Shown piece by piece: positions 44,404 through 48,199 of a stretch of 48,199 nt of DNA (position 1 is its first letter; the number at the start of each line of letters is the position of its first letter). The stretch covers positions 1 to 48,199 of IMG/VR virus record IMGVR_UViG_3300033487_000010; one strand, written 5' to 3'. Under the pieces are notes generated by a model that saw nothing but the letters and a program-made list of their open reading frames with translations, made no database searches and was not told the origin of the DNA. The DNA comes from a virus. Taxonomy: Duplodnaviria > Caudoviricetes. The position numbers were made by a program, and so were the translations under genes.

Positions 44404-44660
44404 CAGCCAATCGCCTTTCTGAGCAGGTCAAGCGCACCGGTCACGCGTTCTGATGCTCCGCCTGCCTTCCGGAAGTCGCGCACCCATCCTTCAAGCAAGA
44501 GAATCGCCGGACCTACCGACTCCGCAACCGCCGCTCGCTCGAATGCGTCGATGGCCGGGAGCAGATACTTCCCTCCGTCTCTAAGTCGCTCGATCACGTC
44601 GTGAGATGCCCAGTTGGCAATCTCCACTACCAGCGCCTCCCGCGTCTCGGCCTTGGTCAT
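44403..44660 (-). CDS. Hypothetical protein
   Basis: 85-aa coupled ORF. Confidence 0.55.
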   Translation of the reverse strand: MTKAETREALVVEIANWASHDVIERLRDGGKYLLPAIDAFERAAVAESVGPAILLLEGWVRDFRKAGGASERVTGALDLLRKAIG

Positions 44661-45154
44661 GACCTACTGCCTTTCGCTTCGATGGCCGCCCATGCCTTCG
44701 CAACCATGGCCAGAACCTTTCTCACGTAGCGCTTGCTGCGCCCGCAGTGTCCCGAGTTGTACGCGCCTAGGCCGCTGACAAGGCCGCCGCACCAAACCTC
44801 ACAGAGAGCGAGCCAGCGGGCCCCGGTGTCGATGCAGGTGGCCGGGTCTCGAAGCTGAGCGCGCGTCCGTCCATTCCGCGCAACACCATGCAGCTGGAAG
44901 GCACACGACTCACCGGCGGCACCGCGCACGTCCATGCGACAGTGGCTCTCAACGCGCATGATCGCTACCAGCCTGACAGGATGCTGCAGGTACCGCCTAG
45001 CAGACGAGTCCACGTGTGGCGCCAAGCTTTCACTCCCAGGGCATAGCGCCGACAGCGCACGCTCTGTCGTGGTGGCAGCGTTCCCTGGCCTCACCGGCAG
45101 CACCAACATCAGCGCGACCCAGAAGAGCGCGAGGATGATCAGGAAAAGCTTCAT
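44657..45154 (-). CDS. Lytic transglycosylase (SLT domain) with N-terminal signal/anchor
   Basis: LVAIMRVES (catalytic Glu), FQL, DPATCIDTGARWL, AYNSG, YVRKV; hydrophobic N-terminus. Confidence 0.85.
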   Translation of the reverse strand: MKLFLIILALFWVALMLVLPVRPGNAATTTERALSALCPGSESLAPHVDSSARRYLQHPVRLVAIMRVESHCRMDVRGAAGESCAFQLHGVARNGRTRAQLRDPATCIDTGARWLALCEVWCGGLVSGLGAYNSGHCGRSKRYVRKVLAMVAKAWAAIEAKGSRS

Positions 45155-45468
45155 GGCCGGAAGCCCTTCTCGGCGGCGGCGTTGAATTTGTCCACTATCT
45201 CTCCAGTAGCAATCCCTACTTCACGTGTCGTCATCGCCGTTGAGTCAACTGTGCGTATCCACTCCCACGCCTTCGCCCGCGCCAGAAGCTCCAACGCAAC
45301 TTCGTATCTCATGGAGAAATGGAAGCCGTTTTCTTGCTCGATCTCGCGCTCAACCGTCGCCTGCAGATTCTCGATGTCAGCCATGGTCATCATGCTAGTC
45401 GTCCCTCCCGTCGCCGTCGTGGCCGGCTGGACGGTACGCCTCGGATAGGAGCATGGAGGCTTCTTCAT
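45151..45468 (-). CDS. Hypothetical protein
   Basis: ORF in coupled array; start uncertain. Confidence 0.45.
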   Translation of the reverse strand: MKKPPCSYPRRTVQPATTATGGTTSMMTMADIENLQATVEREIEQENGFHFSMRYEVALELLARAKAWEWIRTVDSTAMTTREVGIATGEIVDKFNAAAEKGFRP

Positions 45469-45661
45469 CTTCTCTGAGCACGCATGACGGCTCTAAATGG
45501 TCAAAACCCCAGTTGTACCTTGGGCTAGCAGAGTTGATCTCGTTCATCGGAACTTGCCACTTCTTGGCAGCCTTTCGATAGCAATCATATGGTGCCAGGC
45601 ATGGAGCTTCCATCAGCGCCATCGCCGCGCGCTTCATCTCGGCCCGCGTGAGCACTTTCAT
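45395..45661 (-). CDS. Hypothetical protein
   Basis: ATGA coupling to the Cro-like gene. Confidence 0.5.
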   Translation of the reverse strand: MKVLTRAEMKRAAMALMEAPCLAPYDCYRKAAKKWQVPMNEINSASPRYNWGFDHLEPSCVLREDEEASMLLSEAYRPAGHDGDGRDD

Positions 45662-45825
45662 GTCCGCTTGCCTTTCGCGATTTCATCGATCGCTTCCTCG
45701 ATTCGAGCGCGGCTCACAGGCCTGATCGGCTGGCCAGTCTCCCACCGGCGGATCGTGTTCGGCGCCACCCGCGACTTCCCGGCGATCTCGTTGCGCTGCG
45801 CTGCTGTGAGTTGCTTTTTTCGCAT
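45658..45825 (-). CDS. Cro/XRE-like helix-turn-helix regulator (55 aa, not in ORF track)
   Basis: Translated by hand: MRKKQLTAAQRNEIAGKSRVAPNTIRRWETGQPIRPVSRARIEEAIDEIAKGKRT. Confidence 0.75.
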   Translation of the reverse strand: MRKKQLTAAQRNEIAGKSRVAPNTIRRWETGQPIRPVSRARIEEAIDEIAKGKRT

Positions 45826-45832
45826 GACGTCC

Positions 45833-45861
45833 ATGATGAATCAAGTTGTGGCGGATGTCAA
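45833..45861 (-). promoter_or_regulatory. Sigma70-type promoter, leaderless
   Basis: TTGACA-17 nt-CATCAT, 7 nt to ATG 45825. Confidence 0.65.
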
Positions 45862-46146
45862 GCGCTTCTTTCGCGCGGCCTTGCGTGCAGCCTTTGCTTC
45901 CAGTCTGCCAAGGTGACGATCGACGATGCGAGCCGCCCTTGCATTCAGCGTCGCTGCTGCATCGGCAATTGCAAGCAGCTCGATCTGATCTCCGATACAC
46001 AGGTCGCGCCTTGGAACGCGCATGACTCGAAGTCCAAAATCATCGACGGCGTTCCACTCGATCCATACGTCACCTCGGCTAGACACGAACGGACGCGCCG
46101 TCCACCATTCGTGTTTGACCTTCACGCGTTTTTCCTTTGCTTTCAT
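45841..46146 (-). CDS. Hypothetical basic protein
   Basis: MKAKEKRVKV..., ATGA coupling. Confidence 0.5.
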   Translation of the reverse strand: MKAKEKRVKVKHEWWTARPFVSSRGDVWIEWNAVDDFGLRVMRVPRRDLCIGDQIELLAIADAAATLNARAARIVDRHLGRLEAKAARKAARKKRLTSATT

Positions 46147-46583
46147 GCACACTCCAGCTGCAGCGCCTGGAACGAGCACGTGATCTCGCACCCGAGCGAC
46201 GCCGCAAGGAACGTCACTAGGCGCGCATCAGGGAAGGCCTCGAACACAAGCGTCAGCTCCTCGTGTTCCTTGTCGTCCTTTCCCTTGACGGCGGCCGTTG
46301 CCTGCACGCCCTCGCAGTCCAGAATCTCCGCATTGCCAGTGCCGGACAGCTCCGCCTTGGCGTGGTACGCGTCGATGGGTATGATGCATTTCTTGATGTC
46401 GCGCGCGTCCATCATCACACGCTGCTGCATCGCCACCGGCCCGAGCCACTCTGCCGAGTCCACCGAAAACGGCAGCACCAGCTCGAACCGCACGCGCCTG
46501 AGAATCGCGCTCGGATCGTCTGGACTCTTTCGAGCGCGTAGACTGGCCGACTTGAGCACCGCTGAGAATCCTGCGTCTTTCAT
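46143..46583 (-). CDS. Hypothetical protein
   Basis: MKDAGFSAVL..., 146 aa, GGAG RBS. Confidence 0.65.
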   Translation of the reverse strand: MKDAGFSAVLKSASLRARKSPDDPSAILRRVRFELVLPFSVDSAEWLGPVAMQQRVMMDARDIKKCIIPIDAYHAKAELSGTGNAEILDCEGVQATAAVKGKDDKEHEELTLVFEAFPDARLVTFLAASLGCEITCSFQALQLECA

Positions 46584-46825
46584 GTCCACTCCAGATCGTG
46601 CTGGCAATCCTCGTTGATGCAGTCCTGGCACATGCCGCTGGCGCTAGCCTTCGGCACAAGCACTCCGCATGACGGATCGCACATGCACGCAGTTTCCTGG
46701 CCATGAAACCAAATGCGGCGAACCTGCCACATCAGCCACGCCCGCCAACGTAGGTGCCACGGACCCACTCCCTCGTAGTCGGGAATCCATATGTCCCACA
46801 ATCTGCACCGAATCCAGTTCAACAT
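46580..46825 (-). CDS. Hypothetical Trp/Cys-rich protein
   Basis: 81 aa, GGAGG RBS. Confidence 0.5.
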   Translation of the reverse strand: MLNWIRCRLWDIWIPDYEGVGPWHLRWRAWLMWQVRRIWFHGQETACMCDPSCGVLVPKASASGMCQDCINEDCQHDLEWT

Positions 46826-46826
46826 G

Positions 46827-47048
46827 CTACCTCCACGTCTTCCAGGATTCCTTGGTGACCTTCGCCGCGCAGAGTGCCGCCACGATCGCCACCGGGAGCG
46901 TCAGTGTGGTGCCTGCGTGGGCGTCGATTCGGTTGGCCTGCAGCGCAATCCATATGGCTGCCGTCCACGCTGCGGTCGAGACGCCGAGGATGAGTGCTCC
47001 GGCACAGACGCCGGCCAGCTTGTCGAGGATTCGTTCTGTCGTGGTCAT
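46827..47048 (-). CDS. Two-TM membrane protein
   Basis: Two hydrophobic helices. Confidence 0.6.
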   Translation of the reverse strand: MTTTERILDKLAGVCAGALILGVSTAAWTAAIWIALQANRIDAHAGTTLTLPVAIVAALCAAKVTKESWKTWR

Positions 47049-47230
47049 GGTTGGGTCCTTTCGTTGGTTGTTTCTTCGAGCGCTTTGATCTCCGTTGCCC
47101 TAGGCAGCGCCCAGTCTCTTCTCCATAGCCGAGCAGCTTTGTCGATTGCATCGTCAACGTCTTTGGCGGTGACGTCTACGTAGGTCTGATTAACCTGCGC
47201 GAACCAGACGCGATAGAGTTTGCCTTTCAC
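47045..47230 (-). CDS. Hypothetical protein
   Basis: VDVTAKDVDDAIDKA motif common in small phage proteins. Confidence 0.6.
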   Translation of the reverse strand: MKGKLYRVWFAQVNQTYVDVTAKDVDDAIDKAARLWRRDWALPRATEIKALEETTNERTQP

Positions 47231-47400
47231 GGGATGTGCCTTTCGTTGGTTGTCTGCTTCAGTTCCGTCTCGTCGTCGAACTCCCAGACGATCCGCCGCG
47301 TTCGCTCTGCTACCATTCTCGGGGTGGCGTCGGAGTTCACGATTTCTCGAATCAGATCGAACGCCTGCGCCTTCTCTCGGATCAAGCCAGCGTCGTCCAT
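47227..47400 (-). CDS. Hypothetical protein (57 aa, not in ORF track)
   Basis: MDDAGLIREKAQAFDLIREIVN..., GAGGAG RBS. Confidence 0.55.
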   Translation of the reverse strand: MDDAGLIREKAQAFDLIREIVNSDATPRMVAERTRRIVWEFDDETELKQTTNERHIP

Positions 47401-47468
47401 GGGCTCCTCATTCTCGTGGTTGAAATTCTGCTGTCAGTTTCGAGCCGAAGTCATGAGCGGCGCGGGCC

Positions 47469-47804
47469 CTAGAACGGGATGCTCGGATCTTCTTCGCTTG
47501 GTGGAGTTGATGCTTTGGTCGCATTCTTTCCGCCCACGATCTCGATCGTCTCTGCCACCGCCTCGCCGAATACCTTTCCGTTCCAGTCGCGTCCGCCGAG
47601 CCTCCCGGTGACTTCCACCATGTCGCCTTTCCCACATTCCTTCGCAGTATCAGACATGCGGCCGAAACACTTTATCGGGACAAGTTGCGGGTACTGCCCG
47701 TCCGTCCCGAGAATAAGCGTGACAATCTCCTTCCCGTTCTTCGTGACAAAGGTGTCGGTTCGCTCGTAGGTTCCTCGGATCGTGAATGTGTTCGCGTTGC
47801 TCAT
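47469..47804 (-). CDS. Single-stranded DNA-binding protein (DUF3127-like OB fold)
   Basis: QYPQLVPIKCFG...GDMVEVTGRLGGRDWNGKVF; acidic tail ending SIPF. Confidence 0.85.
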   Translation of the reverse strand: MSNANTFTIRGTYERTDTFVTKNGKEIVTLILGTDGQYPQLVPIKCFGRMSDTAKECGKGDMVEVTGRLGGRDWNGKVFGEAVAETIEIVGGKNATKASTPPSEEDPSIPF

Positions 47805-48196
47805 CGGTTCCCTTTCGTTTCGTTGGTGAGGCTGTCTGCCAGTCGTCGCGCAGCCAGGTTGTCGATCTCCGAAACCTTCCGAAGTCCGTAGAAGATCGCC
47901 TGCACCGTGATGCCGAACTCTCGGGCAAGCACCGCGCGTGGCACGATGCGGATCAGCACCGCCCACGCCAGGTAGCGAACCTTCGCCGACTCGTGGTTGC
48001 GATCGTAGAATTCGGTGTAGTCAACGTGGCGGCGAGTGCATGCCCAGGTTCTCACCTCGTGCAGAACCTCAACCCAGTTGGCCGGTGCCTTCCAAGCCCC
48101 ACTGAACTGGTTCGGGCGCTTGCGGTATCGGTGAGTATGCGGCGCCTCTGGCTGCTCGCGCTCCTCCGTCTTGGCGAGCTCGTAGACGCGCGCCAC
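47801..48196 (-). CDS. DnaA domain IV-like HTH DNA-binding protein (possibly 5'-truncated)
   Basis: RYLAWAVL...LAREFGITVQAIFYGLRKV resembles the DnaA C-terminal/TrpR-like helix pattern; frame open to window edge. Confidence 0.5.
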   Translation of the reverse strand: MARVYELAKTEEREQPEAPHTHRYRKRPNQFSGAWKAPANWVEVLHEVRTWACTRRHVDYTEFYDRNHESAKVRYLAWAVLIRIVPRAVLAREFGITVQAIFYGLRKVSEIDNLAARRLADSLTNETKGNR

Positions 48197-48199
48197 GTG

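Noticed and set aside
1-48199. CRISPR array, tRNA or rRNA genes
   Set aside because: No regularly spaced repeats or cloverleaf/T-loop signatures found by eye; tRNAscan and a CRISPR finder were not run

Overview
This window is most of the genome of a high-GC tailed dsDNA phage with podovirus-like architecture. Nearly all genes lie on the minus strand. Read in that direction, there is an early/accessory region of many small genes (48.2-39 kb: SSB-like, Cro-like HTH, signal-peptide lytic transglycosylase, coiled-coil protein). Next come a probable small terminase, then four glycosyltransferase-like genes (one STELLO/DUF288-like), a degenerate FkbM-like methyltransferase and a GNAT acetyltransferase. 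These are followed by large terminase, portal, scaffold, major capsid, adaptor, nozzle, three ejection proteins, tail fibre, a glycoside-hydrolase-like beta-propeller and holin-like genes. A second accessory region (9 kb to 1) holds VRR-NUC, SLOG, GIY-YIG, DNA methyltransferase, HNH, an interrupted nucleoside-deoxyribosyltransferase-like gene and an L7/L12-like gene. I recognise no integrase, polymerase, helicase, primase, tRNA or CRISPR array. The most notable items are: (1) a ~290-nt promoter-driven, multi-stem, pseudoknotted ncRNA candidate just upstream of the putative terS; (2) the glycosylation cassette inside the packaging module; (3) a ~68-nt sRNA with its own promoter and terminator; (4) about eleven sigma70-type promoters, most predicting leaderless mRNAs, plus two sigma54-type sites. 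All calls come from reading motifs by eye; no database search or folding computation was run.
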